Below, piece by piece: positions 18,938 through 35,727 of a stretch of DNA of 64,000 nt. The notes beneath the pieces are model-generated. The model was not told where the DNA came from. It saw only the letters and a list, made by a program, of their open reading frames with translations, and ran no database searches. Source of the DNA: an uncultured Chloroflexia bacterium. Its GTDB lineage: Bacteria; Chloroflexota; Limnocylindria; Limnocylindrales; CSP1-4. Position numbers and translations under genes: made by a program. The stretch's first letter is position 1. Each line of letters opens with the position of its first letter. The stretch is taken from assembly GCA_963762445.1 (NCBI GenBank), contig CAVXLA010000010.1:151787-215786 (forward strand), read 5' to 3'.

Positions 18938-19839
18938 CCGCCGGCGACGTCCCGGAGGGGGCCGACCAGGGCGCTGAGTCGGCCGACCTCGCCGCCGCCC
19001 GCGAGGCGCTGGCGGCCATCGGGCGGCGCGCCGAGATCGCGCGGCGCCTGGAGCTGGGCGGCACGGAGGCGGTCCTCCGCTCGATCGTCGAGGCCGCCGT
19101 CCTCCTGTTCGAGGCCGAGGCCGCCTCGATGGCCCTCTTCGACGCGGCCCGCAACGTGCTCGTCTTCCGGGTGGCGGCCGGCGCCCAGGGGCAGGGCGTC
19201 GTCGGCCTGGAGATCCCGCCCGACCGCGGCCTCGTCGGCTACGTCTTCTCGACCGGCCAGGCGCTCGCGATCTCCGACGTGGCCCGCGATCCGCGCTTCG
19301 GACGCTCGTTCGCCAAGAAGACGCAATACGTGCCCCGCTCGATCGTAGCCGTGCCGCTCGTCGACGAGCGGGGCACGATCGGTGTCCTCGAGGTGCTCGA
19401 CAAGCGGACCGAGGCGACCTTCTCGATCCGCGACGTGGAGCTGGCCGGCGTCTTCGCTCGCCAGGCCTCGGTGGCCATCCGCGCCAGCCGGGTGGAGCGG
19501 GACGTCGCCGCGCTGGTCGGGGCCGTGCTCGCCGCGCTCGCCGGGGACGCGGCGCCGGCCGCCGGCGTGGAGGCGCTCGTCCGCGCCGCCGTCTCCGACG
19601 TCGGCGGGCCGGACGACCCGCTCTGGCCGCTCGTGGAGCGGGTGGCCGCCCTGCGGCGGGCCACGCCCGACCAGCTGGAGCTCGTGACCGCGCTGCTCGA
19701 CGTGCTCGTGCGCCAGGCCGAGCGCGAGGCGAGCGGGCTGCGGGGGGCCGCGCGGGGCGCGGCGAGCGGCCGGGGCGGCGCGGGGGCGCGGGGTGGCATG
19801 GGCGCGCGGGGCCCGCGCCGGCGCACCCCCGGGCAATGA
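18934..19839 (+). CDS. GAF domain-containing protein
   Basis: ORF 18934..19839 (GTGA overlap with the crp-like stop). ...LRSIVEAAVLLFEAEAASMALFD...GLVGYVFSTGQALAISDV..DPRF......SIVAVPLVDERGTIGVLEVLDK.... Confidence 0.8.
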   Translation: MTAGDVPEGADQGAESADLAAAREALAAIGRRAEIARRLELGGTEAVLRSIVEAAVLLFEAEAASMALFDAARNVLVFRVAAGAQGQGVVGLEIPPDRGLVGYVFSTGQALAISDVARDPRFGRSFAKKTQYVPRSIVAVPLVDERGTIGVLEVLDKRTEATFSIRDVELAGVFARQASVAIRASRVERDVAALVGAVLAALAGDAAPAAGVEALVRAAVSDVGGPDDPLWPLVERVAALRRATPDQLELVTALLDVLVRQAEREASGLRGAARGAASGRGGAGARGGMGARGPRRRTPGQ

Positions 19840-20672
19840 GCGAGGAGGACCTCCTCCCCGCTTGGAGCGAGCCGTTCGTCGGCGCCCGCCTGGCCGATCT
19901 CCAGCGGCAGGCGCCGTTCGGGCGGGTCGACCGCGAGTGGGCCATGGGCGGGACCGACGGCAGCGGTGTCACCGTGGCGATCATCGATTCCGGCGTCGAG
20001 CGCGATCACCCGGCGGTCGGCGGCAAGCTGGTTCGCAGCGTTCGCGTCGAGCCGGCCCCGAACCCGGACGACGACCCGGTCGTGGTGGACGACCCCGACG
20101 CCCTGGACGTCGTGGGCCACGGGACGGCCTGCGCCGGGATCATCCACGCCATCGCCCCCGGCGCCGACCTCGTCTCCGTGCGCGTCCTCGGGCCCGACAA
20201 CCGGGGCAAGGGGATCATCTTCGCCGCCGGACTCGACTGGGCGATCGAGCAGGGCGTGACGGTGGTCAACCTCAGCCTGTCGTCCAAGAGCGACGCCCTC
20301 TTCGGGCTCTTCCACGACCTCGCCGACCAGGCCTACTTCGCCAACGTCCTCCTGGTCTGCGCGGCCAACAACGTGCCCGGCAACAGCTATCCGTCGCTTT
20401 TCGCGTCGGTCGTCTCGGTCGCCGCCCACGACCTCGCCGACGCCTCGGCCTGGTTCTACAACCCCGACCCGCCGGTCGAGTTCGGGGCCCACGGCGTGGA
20501 CGTCGACGTCGCCTGGCGCGACGGCGGCCGGATGACGGCCACCGGCAACTCGTTCGCGGCGCCCCACGTGGCCGGCTACGCGGCGCTCATCCGCGCGAAG
20601 CACCCCGCCGCCTCGCCGTTCGAGGTGAAGGCCATCCTCGCCGCCACCGCCTCGGAGCCACCGGGCCGGTAG
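19836..20672 (+). CDS. S8 (subtilisin-like) serine peptidase with no recognisable signal peptide
   Basis: ORF 19836..20672 (ATGA overlap with the GAF gene stop). Catalytic contexts VAIIDSGV (Asp), VVGHGTACAGII (His), GNSFAAPHVAGYAALI (Ser). Confidence 0.85.
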   Translation: MSEEDLLPAWSEPFVGARLADLQRQAPFGRVDREWAMGGTDGSGVTVAIIDSGVERDHPAVGGKLVRSVRVEPAPNPDDDPVVVDDPDALDVVGHGTACAGIIHAIAPGADLVSVRVLGPDNRGKGIIFAAGLDWAIEQGVTVVNLSLSSKSDALFGLFHDLADQAYFANVLLVCAANNVPGNSYPSLFASVVSVAAHDLADASAWFYNPDPPVEFGAHGVDVDVAWRDGGRMTATGNSFAAPHVAGYAALIRAKHPAASPFEVKAILAATASEPPGR

Positions 20673-20928
20673 CGAGCCCCGCCCGGCGAGCCCCCTCCGG
20701 CGAGCCCCCTCCCGCTCCCGGCGAACCCCTCCGCGATTCGATGACCCTGCCCGCATCGCGGGCGCATCAGACCGGCAGCGGCGGGTTCCACTGGTTCGAC
20801 CGCGACACATGCGCCTGATCGCAGTGATGCGCGGTTGATGCGGCCAGGGTCGTCGATCTGCGGGTGCCTGTTTGCGACGGGCGGGGCTGGCGCACGCGGC
20901 GAGCGCCTCCGCGCAACCGGCGACCGCG

Positions 20929-22746
20929 TCAATACCCCGCCCCCGGTGCCCCCCGTCGCAGGTCGAGCAGGCGCGGGCGAACCATCGGGCCGGCGTTCAC
21001 GAGCGAAAGGAAGTCGGCGCCGTCGAGCGCCAGCAGGGCGCCGTCGGTCGCGGCGGTCACGGTCGCCGTCCGCGGGATCCCGTGCAGGAGGCCGATCTCG
21101 CCGAAGACCTCGCCCGGGCCCATCGTCCGGAGGTACTCGACGGCGGACGTGGCCTCTTCGACGGCCGGCGCGGCCGCCGGCACGGTCTCGACTCCGCCGC
21201 GCCGGGTGACCTCGAACGTGCCCGCCTCGACGAGGTAAAAACGGTCGGCCGCGTCGCCTTCGCGGATCACCACGTCACCGGCCGCGACCCGAACCGGCTC
21301 GAGTCGCACGGCGACCGCCTCGAGCGTCGACACCGGGACGCCCGCGAACAGCGGCAGGCCCGCCAGGCGGGTCACCCGGACGTCGCCGGTCGAGCCCGCT
21401 GTGCGCCGTGCCGCCGGGGCGGCCATCGCCGCGCCCAGCAGCCCGGCCGCGGCCACCGCCACGCCGGCACCGGCCAGCACCGGCCCCGTCCCGAGCGACC
21501 CGCCGAGGACCGGGAGCAGGAACGATCCGGCCGCAAAGGCGACGGTGGAGACCGTGCTCAGGATGCCCAGCACCCGGCCGCGAACGGCGTCGGGCACGAC
21601 CCGCTGGAAGATCGTCGTGCTCGTGACCTCGACGAGCAGCCCGCCGGCAGAGGCCACCGCGATGGCTGCGATCGCGACCGGGAGCGCGGGCGCGTACCCG
21701 AGCGCGGCGAGGCCGGCCGCCAGGACCAGCGAGCCGCCGGCGAGGATCGGGACCAGGCTCGGTCGAAGGACGAACGCCCCGGCGAGCAGCGCCCCAATGA
21801 GGCCGCCGAGGCCGATGCCGGCGTTGAGGAAGCCGGTCGCCTCCTCGCCCCCGCCGAGGCTCGAGCTCGCGATCACCACCGTGAGCACCGAGAGCCCGCC
21901 GCCCGCCGCCGCCCCGACGATGTCGATCAGCGCCAGCCCGAGGATCGGCACGAGGACGCGCCGATCGATCGCGCGCACAGACGCGCGCACAGACGTGGGT
22001 GCTGGAGCGCGCGTGGGTGCGGGTGCGGGAGCGCGCGTGGGTGCGGGCGCGCGCGTCGGCGCCGCGACGGGCTCGCCGGCCGCCGCAGCCTCCGCCCCGG
22101 CCGCCGCCTGCGGGGTCGCCTCGCCGGCGGCGACCGCGATCCCCTCCGCCTTCGCGACGTTCCGCGGCAGCCCCCGCAGCACGACCGCGATCACGGCGAA
22201 GCTCGCCGCGTTCAGGAGGAAGGCGATCACGAGCCCGCCGGCCGCGATGAGGATGCCGGCGACCGCCGGGCCCACGATGAAGGCCAGGTTGTCCAGCGTC
22301 GACCAGGCGCTGTTGGCCGGGCCCAGCTGCTCCTCGTCTTCGACCAGGCTGGGCAGGTAGGCCCCGATCGCCGGCCCGAAGAACGTCGCGAAGCAGGTCC
22401 CGCCGATCGAGAGGACGATGACCAGCCAGACGGGCCCGTCGAGGAAGACGACCGAGGCGATCACGAGCATGAGCAGCCCGCGGGCGACGTCGGTCGCGAT
22501 GAGGACGAGGCGGCGGTCGAAGCGGTCGGCGACGATGCCCGCCGGGATCGAGAGGAAGACGTAGGGGAGGACGCGCGCGGCGCCGACGAGGCCGAGGATG
22601 AACGGGTCCTCGGTCACCTGGTAGACGAGGATGAGGATCGCCACCATGTAGAGCCAGTCGCCGATCGAGGAGACGAACTCGCCGACGAGGAGCCGGGTCA
22701 GCGGCCCGTTGCGCAGGAGCTCGCGGTAGGCGCGCAGCACCTTCAT
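20929..22746 (-). CDS. MFS transporter fused to a C-terminal cyclic-nucleotide-binding domain
   Basis: ORF 20929..22941(-), start trimmed to ATG 22746 (MKVLRAYRELLRNGPL...). 12-TM MFS-like body (..GIVADRFDRR..). Central loop with AP(T)RAPAP repeats. C-terminus LPLFAGVPVSTLEAVA...GDVVIREGDAADRFYLVEAGTFEV...GEVFGEIGLLHGIPRTATVTA. Confidence 0.8.
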   Translation of the reverse strand: MKVLRAYRELLRNGPLTRLLVGEFVSSIGDWLYMVAILILVYQVTEDPFILGLVGAARVLPYVFLSIPAGIVADRFDRRLVLIATDVARGLLMLVIASVVFLDGPVWLVIVLSIGGTCFATFFGPAIGAYLPSLVEDEEQLGPANSAWSTLDNLAFIVGPAVAGILIAAGGLVIAFLLNAASFAVIAVVLRGLPRNVAKAEGIAVAAGEATPQAAAGAEAAAAGEPVAAPTRAPAPTRAPAPAPTRAPAPTSVRASVRAIDRRVLVPILGLALIDIVGAAAGGGLSVLTVVIASSSLGGGEEATGFLNAGIGLGGLIGALLAGAFVLRPSLVPILAGGSLVLAAGLAALGYAPALPVAIAAIAVASAGGLLVEVTSTTIFQRVVPDAVRGRVLGILSTVSTVAFAAGSFLLPVLGGSLGTGPVLAGAGVAVAAAGLLGAAMAAPAARRTAGSTGDVRVTRLAGLPLFAGVPVSTLEAVAVRLEPVRVAAGDVVIREGDAADRFYLVEAGTFEVTRRGGVETVPAAAPAVEEATSAVEYLRTMGPGEVFGEIGLLHGIPRTATVTAATDGALLALDGADFLSLVNAGPMVRPRLLDLRRGAPGAGY

Positions 22747-23423
22747 CGGCCTGCCCTCACGAGCCGCGCACCGGCCCCCGCGAGGTGCCGGCTCGCGCGC
22801 CGCAGCCCCGACCGCGGCGGCGGCTCGACTCCCTCCAGCTCCAGGAGGCGCTCCTTCAGCCCGAGCAGCTCCTCGCGGCTGCCGAACCAGCTGCCGCCGT
22901 AGCCGCCGAGGGTGCCGTCGCCGGCGATCACCCGGTGGCACGGGACGAGCAGCCCGATCGGGTTCCGGCCGACCGCCCCTCCGACGGCCCTCGCGGCGCC
23001 GGGCGAGCCGATCCGCCGGGCGACCTCGCCGTAGGAGGCCGTCGCCCCGCGGGGGATCGTCCGGACGCCCGCGAGGACCCGGCGATCCCAGTCGCTCATC
23101 CCCTCGAGGACGACCGGCACGTCAAACGCGTCGCGGGTACCGGCCAGGTGCTCGGCGACCTGGCGCTCCAGCTCGGCAAGGTGGGCCCGCGCGGCCGGGG
23201 ACGCGCCGGGGTCCGCCCGCGGCACGAGCCCGCACCGCGTGCGCGCTCGAATCGACGCCGCGAACGCCTCGTCGGTCGTGCGCAGCTCCAGGCCGACGAT
23301 CCCTTCGTCCGTCGCCGCGGCATGGAGCGGCCCGACCGGCGTCGCGAGCACGGCCACGACCGCGGGCGCACGCTCGGGCGCATCGGGGGGCGCGGCGGTC
23401 GGGTTCGCGGCGGAGCGCGCCAT
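22743..23423 (-). CDS. ogt: Methylated-DNA--protein-cysteine methyltransferase
   Basis: ORF 22743..23555(-), start at ATG 23423. ...IPRGATASYGEVARRIGSPGAARAVGGAVGRNPIGLLVPCHRVI (PCHR active site). ATGA overlap with the MFS gene start. Confidence 0.85.
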   Translation of the reverse strand: MARSAANPTAAPPDAPERAPAVVAVLATPVGPLHAAATDEGIVGLELRTTDEAFAASIRARTRCGLVPRADPGASPAARAHLAELERQVAEHLAGTRDAFDVPVVLEGMSDWDRRVLAGVRTIPRGATASYGEVARRIGSPGAARAVGGAVGRNPIGLLVPCHRVIAGDGTLGGYGGSWFGSREELLGLKERLLELEGVEPPPRSGLRRASRHLAGAGARLVRAGR

Positions 23424-23591
23424 CGGCGGAGTGTAGCGGGTGCGGATTCGGCCGGGTCGAAATCGCGCCACATCGCCTCCAGCGCCCGTCGGACCGGCCA
23501 CGCGACCGCTTGAGAGGAGCGCGCTGGTGGCGAACGAGCTCTCATCGCGCTGCATACGCTTCGCCTGACGTCAAGGGGAAGGAGATGGTCC

Positions 23592-25334
23592 GTGGCCAGG
23601 GCGATGATCCTCTTCGAGCGGCAGGCTGACGCCTCGTGGCTGCCCGCGACGGTAATCCTCGCCACGCCGAGGCGGCTGCAGGGCAGGTGCCTCCCGGGGA
23701 ACGCCGACCGCGATGCCCGGCTGGCGCGCATCCTGACGGACGCCCTCCCGCCCCGGCTGAACGACGACAACGAGGAGCGTGGCACCTACGAGGATTGGAT
23801 CGACTGGGGCGTCTACAACCTCGCCAACGGCCACACCACGTGGGCCACCGAGGTTAGGCCGACTCCGACGGTCGACGAGCTCTACCAACGCGAAGTTGCG
23901 GACGTCGTCTCATCGCTGCCGCCCGCAGCCCAGGTTCTTGAGGCTGGCCCCGGGAGCGAGGAGAGTGGCCTCGAACTCGTTGAGTTCACCGAAGGCGTGA
24001 TCCTCGCGATCGAGCGCGAGACGGACCAGCGCCTGTATGGCGTGATATCGGCGATAGACGGAGAGGAGGTCGGACTCACCGCGTTCCAGACATCGCTCCG
24101 GAAGGACCGCATCGTGCGGCGCACGCCACTGTCGCGCGCTACGCGCCCGATCCGGGGTGCCGATGGGTCATCCTTGCTGTTCGAGGGGTTTCACGGGTGG
24201 CACCTGGGCGTGCCGGCGGCAGGCCCCGAGCCCTCCGAGGTCGCCGCAATGCGGCACTATCCGGTGCCGCCGCTTGCGTGGCCAGAGGCCGAAGCCCATT
24301 ACCGGAACCTTCGAGTCCTCCGCGACCGCTTCATCGGCTGTCTCGTCGGCGGGGCGATCGGCGATGGTCTGGGTGGACCCGTTGATGGGCTGTCTCGGGC
24401 GAAGGTCCACGCGCGTCTTGGTCCGCTCGGAGTTCAGGAGCTGCCGCCCGAAGGCGCCCGTTGGTCCGGCGTCACGCTGCTGACGGTTGAGGTGGCCCGG
24501 AGTCTGGCCGAGCACAGGGGGCATCTGAATCCTGCTGATGTCGTCGCCCGACTCGTCGGTTCAGAGCCGACCGCCGGCGGGGTCGGACTCACATCCCACG
24601 CGGCATTGGCCGCACTGGCTAACGGGGAACCCTGGTACGAAGTCGGACCGCGGCTCGGCGTGTCAGACAACGGCGCGGCGATCAGGAGCGCACCCGTAGG
24701 GCTCGTCCACTCCGGGGAGACGGGCGCAACCGCCCTGCTTCGCGACGCTGTCCGCTTCGCGTTGCCAACGCACGGGGGCAACGTCGGCGTCGCCGCGGCG
24801 GTGGCGGTCGCTGCTGCAGTCGGATATCTGGCTCGGCTCGCGTCCACGGGCACAACGCAGCTCGAGGCTGGCCCATTCCTGGACTTCGTCGCGACCGCGA
24901 TCGGCCTGATTGAGCCCGAGCCGACCCCGACGCGACGGCCACCGGTTCGCCCGATCTACCTGCGCGACCGGATCCGCCGGATCGAGACGTGGCTGAACCG
25001 GGCACCCGAAGTAGTGTTCGATCGGATCTGGACCGGCGCCTTCGCGCTCGAGAGCATTCCGGCGGCGATCTTCTGCTTCCTCCGCGCCCCTGATCGCCCC
25101 AAGCAGGCCCTGCTGACCGCGGCCAACGCAAGTCACGCCACGGCGGCGATCGGGGCGATGACGGGCAATCTCGTGGGCGCCTGGGTGGGGGCCGACCGAC
25201 TGCGGGAGGAGCTGCCGACCTGGTGGGCGGCCGTCGAGGGAGTGAATGAGCTCTCGGCCCTTGCAGACGACCTCCTGGACGCCTCCGCCGATCTCGCCGA
25301 GTCAGAGCAGCCTCCACTCAGTCCACTCGGCTGA
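23592..25334 (+). CDS. ADP-ribosylglycohydrolase (ARH/DraG family) domain protein with an unassigned ~250-aa N-terminal domain
   Basis: ORF 23592..25334 (GTG start, GGAAGGAGA upstream). C-terminal half: DRFIGCLVGGAIGDGLGGPV...VSDNGAAIRSAPVGL...ALPTHGGNVGVAAAVAVAAAV...ESIPAAIFCFL...AANASHATAAIGAMTGNLVGAWVG. I do not recognise the N-terminal half (MARAMILFERQ...GFHGWHLGVP). Confidence 0.75.
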   Translation: MARAMILFERQADASWLPATVILATPRRLQGRCLPGNADRDARLARILTDALPPRLNDDNEERGTYEDWIDWGVYNLANGHTTWATEVRPTPTVDELYQREVADVVSSLPPAAQVLEAGPGSEESGLELVEFTEGVILAIERETDQRLYGVISAIDGEEVGLTAFQTSLRKDRIVRRTPLSRATRPIRGADGSSLLFEGFHGWHLGVPAAGPEPSEVAAMRHYPVPPLAWPEAEAHYRNLRVLRDRFIGCLVGGAIGDGLGGPVDGLSRAKVHARLGPLGVQELPPEGARWSGVTLLTVEVARSLAEHRGHLNPADVVARLVGSEPTAGGVGLTSHAALAALANGEPWYEVGPRLGVSDNGAAIRSAPVGLVHSGETGATALLRDAVRFALPTHGGNVGVAAAVAVAAAVGYLARLASTGTTQLEAGPFLDFVATAIGLIEPEPTPTRRPPVRPIYLRDRIRRIETWLNRAPEVVFDRIWTGAFALESIPAAIFCFLRAPDRPKQALLTAANASHATAAIGAMTGNLVGAWVGADRLREELPTWWAAVEGVNELSALADDLLDASADLAESEQPPLSPLG

Positions 25335-25493
25335 TACAGGTGCACGCCGCCGGTGCGTACCGCAACACCCCGTGCCATGCGAGCTGGCAAGGCCCACCGC
25401 GACCATCCCGTTTGTGACCACGAGCTTTCCGCCCTCCGAATGATGGCTCCACTCGATCGCACCCCCGCGTCGGGGGCAACCGCCGGAGGGCTC

Positions 25494-25823
25494 ATGCGCC
25501 TCACGTACGACGCCACGACCGACATCGCCTATCTCCACTTGCGGCCGCTCGCCCAGGGAGAGCCTGTCGGTCCGACGCTACTGCTCGAGACGGACGTGGC
25601 GTTCGCGGGCTTCGTCGCGCTCGACTTCTCGCTCGCCGATGGGCATGCGGTCGGCCTCGAGTTCCAGCGGGCGTCGTCCTGCCTCCCGGCCGAGCTGCTT
25701 GCCGGCGCCGTGAGAGGGCACGGCACCACCGTCGAGCGGCGACTCGACGAGCGTGTCCTGCGCAACTTGGGCGGTAGCCGCGGCGTGGCCCGATCGCGGA
25801 CCGGCCGCGCCCGGACCAACTGA
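25494..25823 (+). CDS. DUF2283 domain protein
   Basis: Tail of ORF 25353..25823 from ATG 25494 (GGAGGG upstream). MRLTYDATTDIAYLHLRP...VALDFSLADGHAVGLEF is the typical DUF2283 pattern. Confidence 0.7.
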   Translation: MRLTYDATTDIAYLHLRPLAQGEPVGPTLLLETDVAFAGFVALDFSLADGHAVGLEFQRASSCLPAELLAGAVRGHGTTVERRLDERVLRNLGGSRGVARSRTGRARTN

Positions 25824-25939
25824 AGGGAGCCTGAACATGGGTCGCCCCTGACCGCGCGTGGCCCGCGGACACCGGAACGACCTGTCAGGTGGGACGACGA
25901 CGCCCAAGGCTCCGTAGACTGGCCAGAACGACGCACCGA

Positions 25940-29510
<3,571 letters not shown>

Positions 29511-29514
<4 letters not shown>

Positions 29515-32339
29515 GCGACCGACCGAAGCGCAAGCTCATCGAGGTCGCGCTGCCGCTCGAGGCGATCAACGTCGCGTCGGCGCGCGAGAAGAGCATCCGC
29601 CACGGCCACCCGAGCACGCTCCACCTGTGGTGGGCGCGCCGGCCGCTCGCCGCCTGCCGGGCCGTCCTGTTCGCCAGCCTCGTCGACGACCCGTCGTCCG
29701 ACCCCGACCGCTTCCCGACGCCGAAGGCCGTCGAGGACGAGCGGACCCGCCTCTTCGGGATCATCGAGCGCCTCGTCCAGTGGGAGAACAGCACGAACGA
29801 GGCGGTCCTCGAGGAGGCCCGCGCCGAGATCCGCCGCTCCACCGGCGGCAACCCGCCGCCCGTCCTCGACCCGTTCTGCGGCGGCGGCTCGATCCCGCTC
29901 GAGGCCCAGCGCCTCGGGCTCGACCGCCTACGCCTCCGACCTCAACCCGGTCGCCGTCCTCATCACGAAGGCGCTCATCGAGATCCCGCCGAAGTTCGCG
30001 AACCTGCCGCCGGTCCACCCCGACGCCCGCCGCGGCGTCGGCGGCACGGGCGCCTGGAAGGGCGCCGCCGGGCTCGCCGAGGACGTCCGCCGCTACGGCG
30101 CCTGGATGCGCGACGAGGCCGAGCGCCGGATCGGCCACCTCTACCCGAAGGTCCGCCTGCCGAAGGAGCACGGCGGCGGCGAGGCGACGGTCATCGCCTG
30201 GCTCTGGGCCCGCACGGTCACCTGCCCGAACCCCGCCTGCGGCGCACGGATGCCGCTCGTCCGCTCGTTCGCGCTCTCGACGAAGAAGGGCAAGGAGGCC
30301 TGGGTCGAGCCGATCGTCGACCGCGCGGCGAAGACGGTCCGCTTCGAGGTTCGGACGGGCCACGGGACGCCGCCCGAGCCGCCGAAGGTCGGCCGCGGGG
30401 CGACTTCCGCTGCCTCGTCTGCGAGCACCGGTCGCGCTCGACGAGCACATCAAGGCCGAGGGCCGGGCCAGGCGGATGGGCGCCCAGCTCATGGCGATCG
30501 TCGCCGAGGGCCAGCGCGGCCGCATCTACCTGCGCGCCGACCGACGAGCACGAGGCGATCGCGCGGTCGGCCGAGCCGGCGTGGGCGCCCGACGAGCGAT
30601 CTGCCGACGCAAGCCCGCGAGCTTCTGGACGCGCCAGCTACGGCATGACGACGTTCCGCGACCTCTTCACGCCGCGCCAGCTCGTCGCTCTGACGACGTT
30701 CAGCGACCTCGTCGGCGAGGCCCGCGAGCGCGTCCTCCGCGACGCCGTCGCCGCCGGCCTCGCCGACGACGACGTCCGCCTCGACGGCGGCGGCACGGCG
30801 CGCTGCCTACGCCGACGCGGTCGCGACGTACCTGGCGTTCGCGGTCGAGCAAGCTCGCCGACTACTGGTCATCGCTCTGCGCTCGTGGAGTCGAGCCGAC
30901 GATCGAGCTCGTCGGCGACACCTTCGCGCGCCAGGCGCTCCCGATGACCTGGGACTTCGCCGAGGCCAACCCGTTCGGCGGCGCCGGCGGCGACTTCGGT
31001 CGAGCGCATCGACTGCGATCGCCGAGGTCGTCGGCAGCCTCGCGCGTCGGCCGCGGCGCTGGCGTCGTCAGCAGCGCGATGCCAGCCGACGTCGATCGCG
31101 TGCCGGTCGGCCGCTCGTCTCGACCGACCCGCCGTACTACGACAACATCGGCTACGCGGACCTGTCCGACTTCTTCTACGTCTGGCTGCGCCGCTCGCTC
31201 GGCGACGTCTACCCGGACCTGTTCGGCACGCTGCTGACGCCGAAGACAGCCGAGCTCGTCGCCGACGCCGTACCGCTTCGGCGGCGACAAGGCAAGGCGC
31301 GAAGCGCACTTCGAGGACGGGCTCGGCGCGGCGTTCGCGCGCATGCGCGAGGTCGCCGACCCGACGTTCCCGGTGACCATCTACTACGCCTTCAAGCAGG
31401 CGGAGTCCGACGGCGACGACGACGGCCGATGGCGCGATCGCCTCGACCGGCTGGGAGACGATGCTCGAGGGCCTGCTCGCCGCCGGGCTTCTCGATCGAC
31501 GGCACATGGCCGATGCGGACCGAGCGGGCGACCGGATGCATCGCGATCGGCACGAACGCTCTCGCCTCGTCGATCGTCCTCGTCTGCCGGCCCCGCCCGG
31601 CCGACGCCGGCATCACGACCCGCAAGGACTTCGTCGCCAGCCCTCAAGCGCGAGATGCCCGAGGCGCTGCGGACGCTCCAGCACGGCAACATCGCGCCGG
31701 TGGACCTCGCCCAGGCGTCGATCGGGCCGGGGATGGCGGTCTTCAGCCGCTACGCGAAGGTGCTCGAGCCCGACGGCTCGGCGATGCGCGTCCGCACCGC
31801 GCTCGCGCTCATCAACCAGGTCCTCGACGAGATCCTCGCCGAGCAGGAGGGCGAGTTCGACGCCGACACCCGCTGGGCGATCGCCTGGTACGAGCAGTTC
31901 GGCCTCGGCGAGTCGGCGTACGGGACCGCGGAGACGCTGTCGAAGGCGAAGAACAGCTCGGTCGCCGGCCTCGTCGAGGCCGGCATCGTCGCCGCGTCGC
32001 GCGGACGCGTGCGCCTCCTCGCCCGCGACGAGTACACGCGCCGACTGGGATCCCGCGAAGGACACGCGCATCCCCGTCTGGGAGGCGACCCAGCGCCTCG
32101 TCCACGCCCTGCTGACCGACGGCGAGGCGGCGGCCGGCGACCTGCTCGCGCGCCTCGGCGGCCTCGGCGACACCGCCCGCGACCTCGCCTACCGCATGTA
32201 CCACGTCGCCGAGCGCAAGGGCTGGACCGACGAGGCCCGGGCGTACAACGCGCTCGTCGTGGCCTGGACCGACCTCGCCCGCGGGGCGGAGTCGGCCCGC
32301 GCTGCCCAGCCGGCACAGACGAGCCTCGGGCTCGAGTAG
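29511..32339 (+). pseudogene. DUF1156-type DNA methyltransferase with Zn ribbon (COG1743-like, amino-MTase DPPY); at least 12 frame changes as assembled
   Basis: GTG 29511 overlaps the helicase stop (GTGA). Pieces lie in ORFs 29334..30947, 30106..30648, 29627..31237, 31343..32359, 31429..32115 and 31461..32339, plus a hand-read frame. Motifs: [45 protein letters not shown] motif [10 protein letters not shown] (29862), CPNPAC...CLVCEH (30223-30422), [26 protein letters not shown] (DPPY at 31126-31137), C-terminal ...YRMYHVAERKGWTDEARAYNALVVAW, stop TAG 32337. Confidence 0.8.
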
Positions 32340-32349
32340 GGGACGCACG

Positions 32350-35614
<3,265 letters not shown>

Positions 35615-35727
35615 GGGGTTGGACGCGACGTCGATCCGGCATGCGCCTGCAGTTGGCGGCATCGTTCGCCGAGGCCGTATGACCCCGGTGACGTCGCGGG
35701 TTCGCGCCTCGGTGCCGTCCGACGAGT

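Noticed and set aside
16841-19984. 1047-aa ORF on the minus strand, the longest in the track
   Set aside because: The composition is almost pure R/P/A/G. It runs antisense to five plus-strand genes with clear domains (repeat protein, Crp, GAF, S8). High-GC artefact.
23424-23591. Island boundary signals (tRNA, att-like direct repeats, integrase) at 23.4-23.6 kb, 25.8-25.9 kb and 41.1-41.3 kb
   Set aside because: I recognised no tRNA-like T-arm or acceptor sequences, no matching direct repeats between the two edges, and no recombinase gene. The island call rests on gene content only.
25353-25493. Upstream part of ORF 25353..25823, examined as a possible DUF4258-type toxin partner of the DUF2283 gene
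   Set aside because: It is only ~47 codons, in the same frame as the DUF2283 ORF, and R/A/P-rich with no toxin-like features. A good RBS (GGAGGG) precedes the internal ATG 25494.
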